In this document: positions 52,482-62,413 of the stretch, one piece after another | Layout of the letters: each line of letters begins with the position of its first letter | Position numbering within the stretch: position 1 is the stretch's first letter | Source of the DNA: Candidatus Nomurabacteria bacterium | GTDB taxonomy: Bacteria > Patescibacteriota > Minisyncoccia > Phycocordibacterales > UBA918 | Length of the DNA: 64,000 nucleotides | Reading direction: 5' to 3' | Assembly: GCA_023898565.1 (NCBI GenBank) | Contig: CP060228.1 | Coordinates: 240,594 to 304,593, forward strand | Made by a program: the position numbers and the translations under genes | The notes under the pieces: model-generated | The model's input: the letters and a program-made list of their open reading frames with translations, nothing else | Told to the model about the DNA's origin: nothing | Databases searched by the model: none

Positions 52482-53027
52482 TTACACTCGCTTAACCTGG
52501 AGAAAATCAAGCTCGACTGGTGTTTCGCGCCCAAACATAGACACCATCACCTTCACCTTTCCACTTTCCTCATCCACCTCACCCACCTTGCCTTCAAGGT
52601 CTTTGAATGGGCCGTCCACGATACTGACTAGGTCACCCGCGCTTAAGTCCACTTTATGCTTCACGGTCTCACTACTCATACGCTTCATGAGTGCGTTGTA
52701 TTCAGCCTCCGAAAGCGGTACTGGCTGCGTGCCACTCCCAACGAACCCAGTCACCCGCGGTGTATTACGCACCACAAACCACGACTCGTCATCCACAATC
52801 ATTTCCACGAGCACGTATCCAGGATAGATGCGCTCTTCTTCAGTCACTCGCTTACCACCTTTAACCCGAATCTTCTTTTCAGTTGGTACCACCACGTTGA
52901 AGATCTTGTCATTCATATTGAGCGAATCAATACGCTGCTTGAGATTACGCGTTACTGCGTTTTCGTATCCAGAATATGTGTGAATGGCGTACCAATGCCG
53001 TTCACCACTGCTGTGCTGTTTTGCCAT
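52482..53027 (-). CDS. nusG: transcription termination/antitermination factor NusG
   Basis: NGN domain HWYAIHTYSGYENAV and C-terminal KOW domain GDLVSIVDGPFKDLEGKVGEVD. Confidence 0.9.
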   Translation of the reverse strand: MAKQHSSGERHWYAIHTYSGYENAVTRNLKQRIDSLNMNDKIFNVVVPTEKKIRVKGGKRVTEEERIYPGYVLVEMIVDDESWFVVRNTPRVTGFVGSGTQPVPLSEAEYNALMKRMSSETVKHKVDLSAGDLVSIVDGPFKDLEGKVGEVDEESGKVKVMVSMFGRETPVELDFLQVKRV

Positions 53028-53030
53028 GAC

Positions 53031-53219
53031 TTAGAAACGGTTAACCACTCGTTCAATCACTAGTGAAAACACGTGATCAAACGCGCCAGTAAAGAGGGCT
53101 ACTACTATAGAAATAACCACCACCAAAACGGTGTACATCATCGCTTGATGCTGGGTTGGCCAGTGTACCTGCTGCAATTCAGCAGCCGTATCACGAAAAT
53201 ATTTTACGAGTGAATTCAT
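53031..53219 (-). CDS. secE: preprotein translocase subunit SecE
   Basis: A 62-aa single-TM protein immediately upstream of nusG. Confidence 0.8.
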   Translation of the reverse strand: MNSLVKYFRDTAAELQQVHWPTQHQAMMYTVLVVVISIVVALFTGAFDHVFSLVIERVVNRF

Positions 53220-53434
53220 TGTGAAGATTTAAAAGTGGGAAATAAGGTAATAGAGAAAGTGATGGATACCCAACGCTTTCACTGCCGCTCGCTGCCGCTA
53301 GATTCAGCCTTAGGATGGGGCTGAATCGTAGCGAAGCGCCGGCATAAGTTCGAAATAGTCGCGCTTCGCGCTCCTTTTCTCACTTAAAAACCCCTCTCGG
53401 GGCTCTATTGCTCACAATCATACGCTCCTTCTTA

Positions 53435-53477
53435 AAAAACGCAAGGCCGGCGAGTCCTTTGGACTCGCCGGCCTTGC
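53435..53477 (-). terminator. intrinsic terminator
   Basis: gcaaggccggcgagtcctttggactcgccggccttgc. Confidence 0.55.
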
Positions 53478-53495
53478 GGCACCGCAGCTAATTAT

Positions 53496-54290
53496 TTACT
53501 GTACTTCAAAGGTCACGTTCACTCGCACCGTCGTGCTATCCTCGCCAACAGGCAGCTCTGCACCTCCCATACCCATCGCCTCTTCTGCCATCATATCGTA
53601 GGACATAGTTTTTGCGTACGGTTCGTAGTAGCTATTTTCTTCATAGTACGAAGCTAAGCGCACCACACGCACTCCCAACTGCTTTGCAAGCACTCCCGCC
53701 TTCTCGTTAGCGTCAGCGATGGCCTTCGCCCGAGCCTCGGCTTTAAGAGCGTTGGTATCATCGACGGTAAAATCAAGATTGCTGATGTTAGTTGCCCCCC
53801 GTTCACCAACACCACCAATCACTTCTGGAGCTTTGGCAGTATCACGCACTTTCACCGCCACCGATTCAGTCACTTCAAAGCCGTCCTGCACGCGCTCACC
53901 TGGCGGACAATATGACACACCAAACGCACACACCCGCTCTTCATACCGCCACTTTGGATACAAATTATAATTCTCTACTTTTATATCTTTGTCTTCAATT
54001 CCTTGTTCACGCAAATAGCTTAAAATTGCGTTTACCTTCTCACCCATCGCAGCCTGCGCTTCTGCCGCAGTCATTGCTTCAGCGGTAACTGAAAATGAAA
54101 AACGGCCAATGTCGGGCACCGCCAACACCTCTCCCTCACCAGACACTGAAATGGTGGCCGGCATTGGATTGGCAAACTTCGCTTGTTCAAAATTAAGTCG
54201 TGCATATGAGCCAAGTGCAATGATTCCCATAAGCATCAAAAGGCCGGCTAAAAGGCGCATTTGTGGTGAATTAAACATACTTTCTGACAT
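53496..54290 (-). CDS. SIMPL-domain (DUF541) secreted protein
   Basis: Signal peptide; ISVSGEGEVLAVPDIGRFSFSV...TTVRVNVTFEV; start at M66 of the track ORF. Confidence 0.6.
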   Translation of the reverse strand: MSESMFNSPQMRLLAGLLMLMGIIALGSYARLNFEQAKFANPMPATISVSGEGEVLAVPDIGRFSFSVTAEAMTAAEAQAAMGEKVNAILSYLREQGIEDKDIKVENYNLYPKWRYEERVCAFGVSYCPPGERVQDGFEVTESVAVKVRDTAKAPEVIGGVGERGATNISNLDFTVDDTNALKAEARAKAIADANEKAGVLAKQLGVRVVRLASYYEENSYYEPYAKTMSYDMMAEEAMGMGGAELPVGEDSTTVRVNVTFEVQ

Positions 54291-54297
54291 ATAATTA

Positions 54298-55236
54298 TTA
54301 TAATAACTCCCTAATAATCCGACGGATTCGCTGCGAAGTAGTTTCTTCATATCCGCAAACCAACTCAAATGCTGCCAAATCTTCTTCGCTGAGCTTTGGA
54401 ACCACTTCAGGATTCTCCAGTAAATAGTACATGACGGAAGATTCTCCAGCAACATGATCAATACCGAGCGCGTGCCCAAACTCATGCATTAATACTTTAA
54501 CCAATTCATTTTCATTCGAGAATTTGTATATATGTATACTGTCTCCCTGATAATCACCCTGTGTGAACTCTCTGGAAAAACCATATTCTTCATTGTATGC
54601 AGTCACTTGCGTGTTGTAATCTGCAACCAAATCATTGCCACGCTTCCCAAGCTTATTGATATTTGCGGCCAGATCATTAAGCTGCGCCGCTGTTTTGGCT
54701 AACTCGTCAGCATCATCACGCAATTCAACTCGTTCAGACTCTAGCCCTTCATACACATCTGCAGGTGCCCCGCCACGGTCATTGTAGCGATTAACCTCAG
54801 TATTATAGGCCTCTAGACGCGCCTCATAATCCGCCAGCTTAGCATCATACGATTGCGACAGCTTATGGTGTTCTGCCTGTAGTTTCTCAACCGTTAAAAT
54901 GACTGACTCGCTCTCTTCACGCTGTGCGTCCAATACCGCACGTTCTGATGCTTCAGTATCGGCCAATTCTTGACGTTCATCGTAGATGAAATGTATGGGA
55001 AAATCTGCCGTTTCGTTATACGTAAATAAATCACGGCCAATCGCCTGCTCCCACTTTGTCTCAGCCTCCAACGCGTACTCGAGGGCTTTTTCACGAGTGA
55101 TTCCAAACGATGTGTCAACTTCGCCAATCCGATACGCAAGCGGCGCTGGACAAATAGCTGCCGTCGACTGGTACCAATATGCACCAACACTAACAAGTGT
55201 CAGAAGCAGCACAATAAGTAATATGTCTTTCATCAC
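54298..55236 (-). CDS. secreted metzincin-type zinc metalloprotease with coiled-coil region
   Basis: Signal peptide plus HEFGHALGIDH (HExxHxxGxxH). Confidence 0.65.
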   Translation of the reverse strand: MMKDILLIVLLLTLVSVGAYWYQSTAAICPAPLAYRIGEVDTSFGITREKALEYALEAETKWEQAIGRDLFTYNETADFPIHFIYDERQELADTEASERAVLDAQREESESVILTVEKLQAEHHKLSQSYDAKLADYEARLEAYNTEVNRYNDRGGAPADVYEGLESERVELRDDADELAKTAAQLNDLAANINKLGKRGNDLVADYNTQVTAYNEEYGFSREFTQGDYQGDSIHIYKFSNENELVKVLMHEFGHALGIDHVAGESSVMYYLLENPEVVPKLSEEDLAAFELVCGYEETTSQRIRRIIRELL

Positions 55237-55453
55237 TATAAGCTAATCATAAGAATTCAGACAACACAAACGGCGCCCAGCGGGGACTGCGTAGTCGCGA
55301 TACGTAGTCCCTGATAGGCGCCGTTTGAATTTAAAATAGAAACATGTTTGCAAGAGCAGTGCTCTTACGTACAAAGATTATACCGCATAACACGGCTCAC
55401 GTTTAAAAAGATTTCAACAGGTATGGGACGGGGCTTGCCCTCCGTTAGAACAC

Positions 55454-55837
55454 CTACATCAAAATATTCTCTCCCGTAGCTCCCGGAGCCACATCGTATA
55501 CCATGTCTGGAGTTAGTCGGATTACCGCGCGCAACGTTCGATCTGGGAAACGTTCTTTCATAACTACCGCCTGTGCCTTAAACGCCTCCCCATCTGTCTC
55601 ATATACAGCCCGCCCTTTGATTTGCAAACCAACGAATCCTTGCCAACACGTAAATGCCACCATTGAATTTTGTTGCAAATTCACTGCCGTCTTCCCCATA
55701 AAAAAGTCAAAAAACCAAATTTCTTCACCATGCACTTCCACCACCGAAAGCGGTACCACATTCACCCCTTCTGGACCATTAGTTGCTAATGCAAACGCGG
55801 TCGATTCCGCTATCTTCTTTTCGATGTCTGCTGTCAT
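55454..55837 (-). CDS. pyridoxamine-5'-phosphate-oxidase-like FMN-binding split-barrel protein
   Basis: Size and motif pattern (...VNVVPLSVVEV...) consistent with the PNPOx-like fold; low certainty. Confidence 0.4.
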   Translation of the reverse strand: MTADIEKKIAESTAFALATNGPEGVNVVPLSVVEVHGEEIWFFDFFMGKTAVNLQQNSMVAFTCWQGFVGLQIKGRAVYETDGEAFKAQAVVMKERFPDRTLRAVIRLTPDMVYDVAPGATGENILM

Positions 55838-55958
55838 ACTCGACTATTATATACCACTTGATAAAATTCTGTTTCGATAACACTACCGCCCAACCAAAAC
55901 CGTCAGCTACTACTCAAAAACATCCAAAACCGGCGGCTTTGGGAAACAATAATCAGGT

Positions 55959-56504
55959 TTAACCCCCGAAAAAACGTTGCAACCAACCTTTTTTCTGCAC
56001 TGAAGTGGCCGGAGTTGTTGACTCATGAGGATTCATAACCTCTTTTCCCATGCTGGCTAAACGCGCTTCTCTCTCCGCATTAAGCGATGCTGTACGCATT
56101 TCGTCTGCCCGTGCCGTTTGACCAACAACCGCGGACACGTCTTCCGACGCCACAGCCTGCTCGCTCGTTAGTGCCTCTCCCTCGTCTAGAGTAGCGACAT
56201 TCAAGACTTCAGTGTCCACTGCTTCCGAATCTTCTCCTGTGTCTAGGCCCATGTGTAACTCTGGAAAAGCTCCTTCTGGAGCATCAGTGCGCTCTGGCAC
56301 AGCACCTGCTCGTTCAGCCTCATTTTTTACCGCTTGAAATCCTTCATATCCAGGCGTCAATTCCGAACCATCAACATCTCCCTGTCGGTCAAGCGTCTCG
56401 TAAGGATTGTTGTTGTAAGGGTCATAGCCCTGACCCTCTGCACCGCTCCGATACTCTTGTTCTGCGTTTCTGCCTTTTCCCTGACCAAATGATTCTAGTG
56501 ACAT
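55959..56504 (-). CDS. acidic low-complexity protein, hypothetical
   Basis: ORF with strongly biased D/E/G/A composition. Confidence 0.35.
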   Translation of the reverse strand: MSLESFGQGKGRNAEQEYRSGAEGQGYDPYNNNPYETLDRQGDVDGSELTPGYEGFQAVKNEAERAGAVPERTDAPEGAFPELHMGLDTGEDSEAVDTEVLNVATLDEGEALTSEQAVASEDVSAVVGQTARADEMRTASLNAEREARLASMGKEVMNPHESTTPATSVQKKGWLQRFFGG

Positions 56505-56608
56505 GATACTGATGTGTATAGTCTTATAATTTTAAATAATAGTATCCTGAATTCCTGTATAAATAAAGCCAAAACCTCCCCCGACGGGAGGTTTTGGCTT
56601 TATTCTAA

Positions 56609-58291
56609 TTACTTCTGATCCTGTTCCGCCAACTTCTTGCGCACCATCTGCTGGGCCGCATTCATACTGTGCTGGTAGTACAAACTCTTTACACCTTGCT
56701 TCCACGCCTTGATGTAGAGAGCGTTAATATCCTTCACCGGCGTATCTGGCGCCACCATAATATTGAGTGACTGCCCCTGATCGATGAACGCCTGTCGCTC
56801 ACCAGCCTGGTCGATAATCGCCTCTTGGTCGATTTCTGAGAACGTGCGGAAGACTGCCTTTTCGTCGTCAGTGAGACACTTAAGGTGCTGCACTGAGCCG
56901 TCGTTGTCGCGAATACTATCCCAGGTCACCTTAGTATCTTCCCCCTTCTCTGCCAGCAATTCCTGAAGCGTTGGGTTCTTGATGGTCACCTTCATCTTCG
57001 CTACGTCTTTGGTATAGCAGTTGCTCCAAATCGGCTCGATACCTTGCGATACCTGCCCAAGAATAAACGCAGACGAAGTAGTTGGTGCAATCGCAATCGT
57101 AGTGGTGTTGCGACGACCATAGCCCTTTAGCACTTCTGGTTCACCAAGCTCGGTAGCGAGCTGCTTGGTCGCAGCATCGGCTTTCTCTTGCATGAGCTTA
57201 AAGACTTCTGTGTTGAGCGCTGCCGCTTCCTTACTTTCAAATGGCAACTGCTTTGATTGGAGGAGAGAGTGGTATCCAAGGACACCTAAGCCGAGAGCTC
57301 TATTGGCCTTTGAGAAGTTGTACGCTCGCTCCATAAAGCGGAATGCGAGCTGCTTTTCATGCTCTTCATGATCACGGAGGGCTTCAAGCTTCACGTTGAA
57401 GTCTTCAATTACCGTATCCAGAAACGCAATCATGGTTTCGATGAGGTCAGTATCCTTCCAGTCATCATAGTGCAGGAGGTTCACTGATGATAAACAACAC
57501 ACAAATGACCAGTCATCGCGTGACGGGAGCATAATTTCGCTACACATATTGCTCGCGTAGATTTTTAGCTCCTTGTCTTTATACACGTCTACGGTGTTCT
57601 TATTGGCAGTGTCAGAGAACATGATGTACGGATACCCCATTTCACCACGACGCTGGATGATGCGCGCCCAAACCTTGCGCTTCTTCTCATCACCACCAAT
57701 CATCTCTTCCATCCACTCATCCCCTACCGTTACACCATGGGTGAGCTTTTGGATTGGATTTCCTTCGGTGCCGATATCAAGGAACTCCATGATATCAGCG
57801 TGTTCCGCTGGCAAATACGGGGAGAAGTGTCCGCGACGAACCGACCCCTGACTGACCACATCCACCAGTGTCTCAAAGAGCTGCATGAAATGCACTGAGC
57901 CTGATGAATGGCCGTTGTCTGAGGCAATCTCCGCCCCGCGAGCGCGCAAGTCACCAAAGTACCCAGAACAACCACCACCATACTTACTCATCATTCCTAC
58001 CTCACCATGCGTATGGAGAATGCTGCCCATGTTGTCCGAAACGTACGATCCAAAGCAACTAATCGGCAAACCTTTCGGAATACCGAAGTTTGACCATACC
58101 GGCGAAGAGAGTGAAATCCACCCCTTCGACATATACTCAATAAACTTCTCGGCAAAGCCTTCGCGACCGAGATACTGCTCGGCAGCTTTGGCAATAACTT
58201 CAATTCGATCTTCAGCGGTTTGGCCTGGAGCCAAGTATCCGCGGGCTAAAAACGCGCGACTATTTTCGTTCAACCAGTACCAGGGTTCCAT
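56609..58291 (-). CDS. nrdA: class I ribonucleotide reductase alpha subunit, cone-less short form
   Basis: SNMCSEIMLP (active-site Cys/Glu), GLPISCFG, and the C-terminal KSLYYQ tyrosine pair. There is no N-terminal ATP-cone and no C-terminal Cys pair. Confidence 0.75.
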   Translation of the reverse strand: MEPWYWLNENSRAFLARGYLAPGQTAEDRIEVIAKAAEQYLGREGFAEKFIEYMSKGWISLSSPVWSNFGIPKGLPISCFGSYVSDNMGSILHTHGEVGMMSKYGGGCSGYFGDLRARGAEIASDNGHSSGSVHFMQLFETLVDVVSQGSVRRGHFSPYLPAEHADIMEFLDIGTEGNPIQKLTHGVTVGDEWMEEMIGGDEKKRKVWARIIQRRGEMGYPYIMFSDTANKNTVDVYKDKELKIYASNMCSEIMLPSRDDWSFVCCLSSVNLLHYDDWKDTDLIETMIAFLDTVIEDFNVKLEALRDHEEHEKQLAFRFMERAYNFSKANRALGLGVLGYHSLLQSKQLPFESKEAAALNTEVFKLMQEKADAATKQLATELGEPEVLKGYGRRNTTTIAIAPTTSSAFILGQVSQGIEPIWSNCYTKDVAKMKVTIKNPTLQELLAEKGEDTKVTWDSIRDNDGSVQHLKCLTDDEKAVFRTFSEIDQEAIIDQAGERQAFIDQGQSLNIMVAPDTPVKDINALYIKAWKQGVKSLYYQHSMNAAQQMVRKKLAEQDQK

Positions 58292-58328
58292 AGAATTCAG
58301 GATAATTCAGAATTAATTCGTAATACGT

Positions 58329-59642
58329 CTAGAAGAGATCATCACTTGTAACACTCGATGAGCGCTTGTTGTAGTTGATTGATCGCTTGTGGAAGAAATC
58401 GACATGCTTCGTAGCAATCACTTCGTTGTCGAACCAATCAGTTTCTGCCAATAACGCCTCACTCACTTCGAAGATGCGTGGCAAGCCGATTGAAGCGAGG
58501 GAGTTGTTGAAGCGATGCTTAATAAATTCCTTTACATTGGCTGCTGGCAAGAAGTCCAGCTCCCCTGCTTCAAAAATCCAGTCCACGATTTTTGCTTCGG
58601 ATTCATAGGCCTCCTCACACGCCTTCATGATGAGATTGTTACAGTCTTCATCAAACCACTCTGGATGCTCGTCTTTGATTACATTAATGACATCGATACC
58701 GAACATGCCGTGAATTTGTTCTTCTTTTGAAGTCGCTTCCACTGCGTTACTGATGCCTTTGAACAAGTTTTTGTGCTTGTTGAAGCTCATCATAATCAGG
58801 AACTGTGAGAAGAGTGACACGTGCTCCACAAAGAGCGAGAAGAGCATTACCGCATGAGCGTACTCACGATTTTCGGTGGTACGAGAGAGGTCGATCACCT
58901 TCTCCAGGTAGTCCATGCGCTGCTGAATCACCGGAATTTCCTTTATCTTCTTAAACTCGTCATTAAGACCAAGAATCTCCAAGAGATGCGCGTACGCATC
59001 AGCGTGGCGCACTTCCGACTCGGCAAACGTGGCGCCCACTGCCCCAATCTCTGGCTTGGGCATCTTTTTGTAGATGTCGCCCCAGAAGGTCTTCACCGCC
59101 ACTTCGATCTGTGCGATTGCCAGCATGGCGTGCTTAATCGCAGTCCGTTCAGCCTCACTCACATTAATATGAAAATCCTGCACATCAGCGGTGTAGTTGA
59201 ATTCAGTGTGAATCCAGTATGAGTGACGGATTGCGTTGGTGTACTCATAAAGTTCTGGATATTCGTACGGCTTGAGATTCTGACGCTTCGCAAAAATATC
59301 ACGCTCACGTAGCTTTTTACGCTCGTTACGATAAATGATATATGCTTTGGCGGTATTGTAGTAATCCTTCTCCATCAGCGCCTGCTCAACCAAGTCCTGA
59401 ATCTCTTCCACGGCAGGATTACCATCAACACACTTCTTCGCCATCGGGTGATCGGGCGCTGCAGTACCGGCCTGCACGCACATCGCGACCACTTTTTGGT
59501 GTGCTAGTTCCGCGACATCTTCAGCAGCAGCACGGTCTCCCTCTCCCGTTTCAGCCAATGCTTTTGCAATGGCACTAGTGATCTTTGAGAGATCAAACGG
59601 CTGGACCGAACCATCTCGCTTTCGGATATTTTCAATTTCCAT
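58329..59642 (-). CDS. nrdB: class I ribonucleotide reductase beta subunit with N-terminal ATP-cone fusion
   Basis: The N-terminus MEIENIRKRDGSVQPFDLSKITSAIAKAL is an ATP-cone. It is followed by the ferritin-like R2 core (SEVRHADAY, FSLFVEHVSLFSQF, EEQIHG, C-terminal ...DDLF). Confidence 0.8.
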   Translation of the reverse strand: MEIENIRKRDGSVQPFDLSKITSAIAKALAETGEGDRAAAEDVAELAHQKVVAMCVQAGTAAPDHPMAKKCVDGNPAVEEIQDLVEQALMEKDYYNTAKAYIIYRNERKKLRERDIFAKRQNLKPYEYPELYEYTNAIRHSYWIHTEFNYTADVQDFHINVSEAERTAIKHAMLAIAQIEVAVKTFWGDIYKKMPKPEIGAVGATFAESEVRHADAYAHLLEILGLNDEFKKIKEIPVIQQRMDYLEKVIDLSRTTENREYAHAVMLFSLFVEHVSLFSQFLIMMSFNKHKNLFKGISNAVEATSKEEQIHGMFGIDVINVIKDEHPEWFDEDCNNLIMKACEEAYESEAKIVDWIFEAGELDFLPAANVKEFIKHRFNNSLASIGLPRIFEVSEALLAETDWFDNEVIATKHVDFFHKRSINYNKRSSSVTSDDLF

Positions 59643-60406
59643 AGCAATCGTTAAGAAAGTTTATTGAGTAACTACAGCAATTGCGAGCAGACATAATCAG
59701 TGGAAGAAATCTGCAGTCTTTCGACCGCAGTGATTAGGTCTAAGCGCAATCTAAGGTCGCGACAAACACACCACCGTGCATACTCACAGTGTCTGCTCTT
59801 CTCTAGTATGTAAGTAGAGCGGAGCGTGTGTCTTACCTCCGACACACGATCTCTCGTGTGATGTATTAATAGTACCACCGTAGCGCTGGACGTGCTCGAG
59901 ACTCCACACCGATAAATAAAGGTATTCTGTCATTCTTGTGGATAACTTTTGGGATAACTCACGCTGTCTTAAAAGTACGAATCAATAATCACCTTTTGCC
60001 AATATATACAGGTTTAGTTTTTTATTCCTTGGTCACCGACTTGAGGAGGAAACTTGCGTTTTACCCACTTTTTGTACTACTCTACCGACAGACCATTCAA
60101 CCAACAAACGAGGGCCTTATGCATAGAAACATTCCCGATACCGGCTGTCCTTTTTATGGCCTGCAAAACTTACTGGTGGTGTTCTTCCCCAAGAATCACT
60201 GCTGCGGCTTGAGCCCCAAATTTGATTCTTGCGACCAGAATGATCCGCAGCTTCGCCACTGCCCTCGAGTTGACACGGCAGAATTTTGCAAAGTACTTTC
60301 TGGACAACGAGTGATTTTCCCCGAAGGCTCAAGCGAGGCTCCGTCCGGTTCGCCAGGCACGCCTATGAACGTTTGGTACACATCACCAGATCTGTGGTTC
60401 AAAAAA

Positions 60407-60432
60407 TAAAACTGCCCGGACGGGCAGTTTTT
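60407..60432. terminator. bidirectional terminator
   Basis: aaaactgcccggacgggcagtttttt. Confidence 0.6.
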
Positions 60433-60443
60433 TAATACTTCGT

Positions 60444-60842
60444 TTAACGCTGCAGACTATCGCGAATTTCGCGTAAAAGCTTAACTTCTTCTGACGGCTC
60501 AGCTGGCTTTGTTTCTTTTGCTTCTTCAGCCTCATCGCCATCAAGCACATCTTGAGCCTTATTGATAGCCTTAATTACCATAAAGATAACCAACGCCACA
60601 ATCAAGAAATCAACCACTGACTGAATAAATGCTCCATAGGTGACCACTGCTCCACCCACCTGGTAACTCATGCCAGAGAAGTTAACTCCACCCATCAGAA
60701 GACCAATAAGTGGCGTAATAATATTGTCCACCAACGATGAAACAATCTTTCCAAACGCCGCTCCAATAACCACAGCCACTGCCAAGTCAATCACATTGCC
60801 TTTCATGGCAAAGGCCTTAAATTCATTTATGAATGCCACCAT
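60444..60842 (-). CDS. mscL: large-conductance mechanosensitive channel
   Basis: [44 protein letters not shown]. Confidence 0.9.
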   Translation of the reverse strand: MVAFINEFKAFAMKGNVIDLAVAVVIGAAFGKIVSSLVDNIITPLIGLLMGGVNFSGMSYQVGGAVVTYGAFIQSVVDFLIVALVIFMVIKAINKAQDVLDGDEAEEAKETKPAEPSEEVKLLREIRDSLQR

Positions 60843-60884
60843 ACAAAAACTACTTATAAGTAATACTTTAATTATAGCTTGATT

Positions 60885-62045
60885 TTAATGGTGGTGATCA
60901 TGGCCATGTGCGCAAGGCGACACTTCTGGCTCTTTGTCAATTTTATGTCGACTGAAGTACCAAGCAGCAGCAATTGTAGTAGCTGGCACTGCCAGCATTA
61001 GGCCGATACTCCCCACCAAAATGCGGACAATCTCAGCAGCAATCACTTCTTGATTGAGTGAGGTCAGTAGTGAGCTGTCGGCATGCACATACAACAATAT
61101 AAGCGGTAATGAAACGCCGACATACGCCAGAGCGAGCGTATTCACAAGCGACCCGATGTGATCACGTCCGACTATAATCGCCCGCTGGTACAAATCTTTG
61201 AAATGAAACGTTGGATTAGCGTACTTCAGTTGCTCGACAACCGAAGCTTGTGTAATCGAAACGTCATCAAGTACTCCTAAAATACCAATGATAATGCTCC
61301 CTAGTAGTAATCCGGCCAAGTCAAGTGTGCCGTCGGTAGCGAAATTAAGATACACCGAGGCATCTGATCCGAAACCTGAAAAGCGAGAAGCGACCGTCAC
61401 CGCCCAGGCAATAACACACGTAATAATCACTGCACTAAACGTCCCAACAAAGGCAATAATTGTACGCGCGGTAAACCCATGAGTACCGAACAAAATGAAA
61501 GCCAAGATTACACCACCAATACCCACACTTGCGAGTGCCGGGTCGTATCCAGCTAGCAGCGCTGGTACCAACAAAAAGAAAATACCAAGCACGCTCGCTG
61601 CCAAGGAAAGTAGCGCTCGAACACCCTGCCAGCCTGAGAAAATAAGCAGCAACACCACAAACAAGACGCTAAGGAACAACAACGCTGGCCGTCGCTCAAA
61701 ATCCGCATATGAAAAATACTCATCCCCGTCAATCAGCTGCATGTGATTGACGAATATCTTGTCCCCCGCCTGAAGCGTGGTTAGTTCATTTTCAAACCGT
61801 ATCACCTCACCAGCTCGCTCCCCCTCAGTAAGAGTTGCCCGAATAATCTGCACCGTCGCAGTCGCAGTGGTTCCGGTTATTTCTCGATCGTACTCATCAA
61901 CCACCTCTAAGACTTCTGCTGACCAGCGATCCTTGGTCTCTTGATGCAATGTTTGAGCTTCTCCGAGACATGGAACCAGAAGTGCCGTCCCTAAAAGTAC
62001 ACTAAATAAGTAACTTCGCCACATAAAAACCAATGCCAGCACCAA
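60885..62045 (-). CDS. YibE/F-family membrane protein
   Basis: An N-terminal extracytoplasmic domain is followed by ~6 TM helices with YibE/F-like spacing; His-rich C-terminus. Confidence 0.55.
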   Translation of the reverse strand: MVLALVFMWRSYLFSVLLGTALLVPCLGEAQTLHQETKDRWSAEVLEVVDEYDREITGTTATATVQIIRATLTEGERAGEVIRFENELTTLQAGDKIFVNHMQLIDGDEYFSYADFERRPALLFLSVLFVVLLLIFSGWQGVRALLSLAASVLGIFFLLVPALLAGYDPALASVGIGGVILAFILFGTHGFTARTIIAFVGTFSAVIITCVIAWAVTVASRFSGFGSDASVYLNFATDGTLDLAGLLLGSIIIGILGVLDDVSITQASVVEQLKYANPTFHFKDLYQRAIIVGRDHIGSLVNTLALAYVGVSLPLILLYVHADSSLLTSLNQEVIAAEIVRILVGSIGLMLAVPATTIAAAWYFSRHKIDKEPEVSPCAHGHDHHH

Positions 62046-62229
62046 GCATGAAAGTGAAAAAAAGTGTCACAATTAATGACGTTTGATCCATGCAGGCATT
62101 TTACTACAGAGTCACCCCAAGAAGCTAACGTCCAAAGACTCGACTTTTGGTAAAAAAATAGGTATAAATGTGCCACTACGGCGGGATTTTGCCGGGCGCC
62201 AGCCCGACGCAAAATCCCGCCTAGCAAAT

Positions 62230-62302
62230 GGCGGCTATAGTATAACGGTTAGTGCTCCGGTTTGTGGTACCGGCAGTTCGGGTTCGATTCCCGGTAGCCG
62301 CC
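62230..62302 (+). tRNA. tRNA-His (anticodon GTG) with encoded G-1
   Basis: G-1 GCGGCTA...CCGGT TTGTGGT ACCGG...GGGTTCGATTCCC...TAGCCGC C closely parallels E. coli tRNA-His, including G-1:C73. Confidence 0.8.
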
Positions 62303-62413
62303 CAGATTAAGAAGCTATATTTAACAACGTATTTTGAAGGTATTTTCTAGTGTCTATTATCCTTAATGGAACCATATATAAATAGCTTCAGAAATTAACC
62401 GTTTAATGATAAA

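Noticed and set aside
53220-53440. Expected rpmG (L33) and tRNA-Trp upstream of secE.
   Set aside because: Translation of the minus strand gives only a 13-codon ORF, and no tRNA cloverleaf was found. 'gttcgaa' at 53318 is not embedded in a T-arm.
59936-60409. 157-aa plus-strand ORF in the nrdB upstream region.
   Set aside because: No ribosome-binding site, odd composition (Cys/Pro/Phe-rich), and it runs into a terminator hairpin. Treated as non-coding and flagged as a candidate ncRNA region instead.
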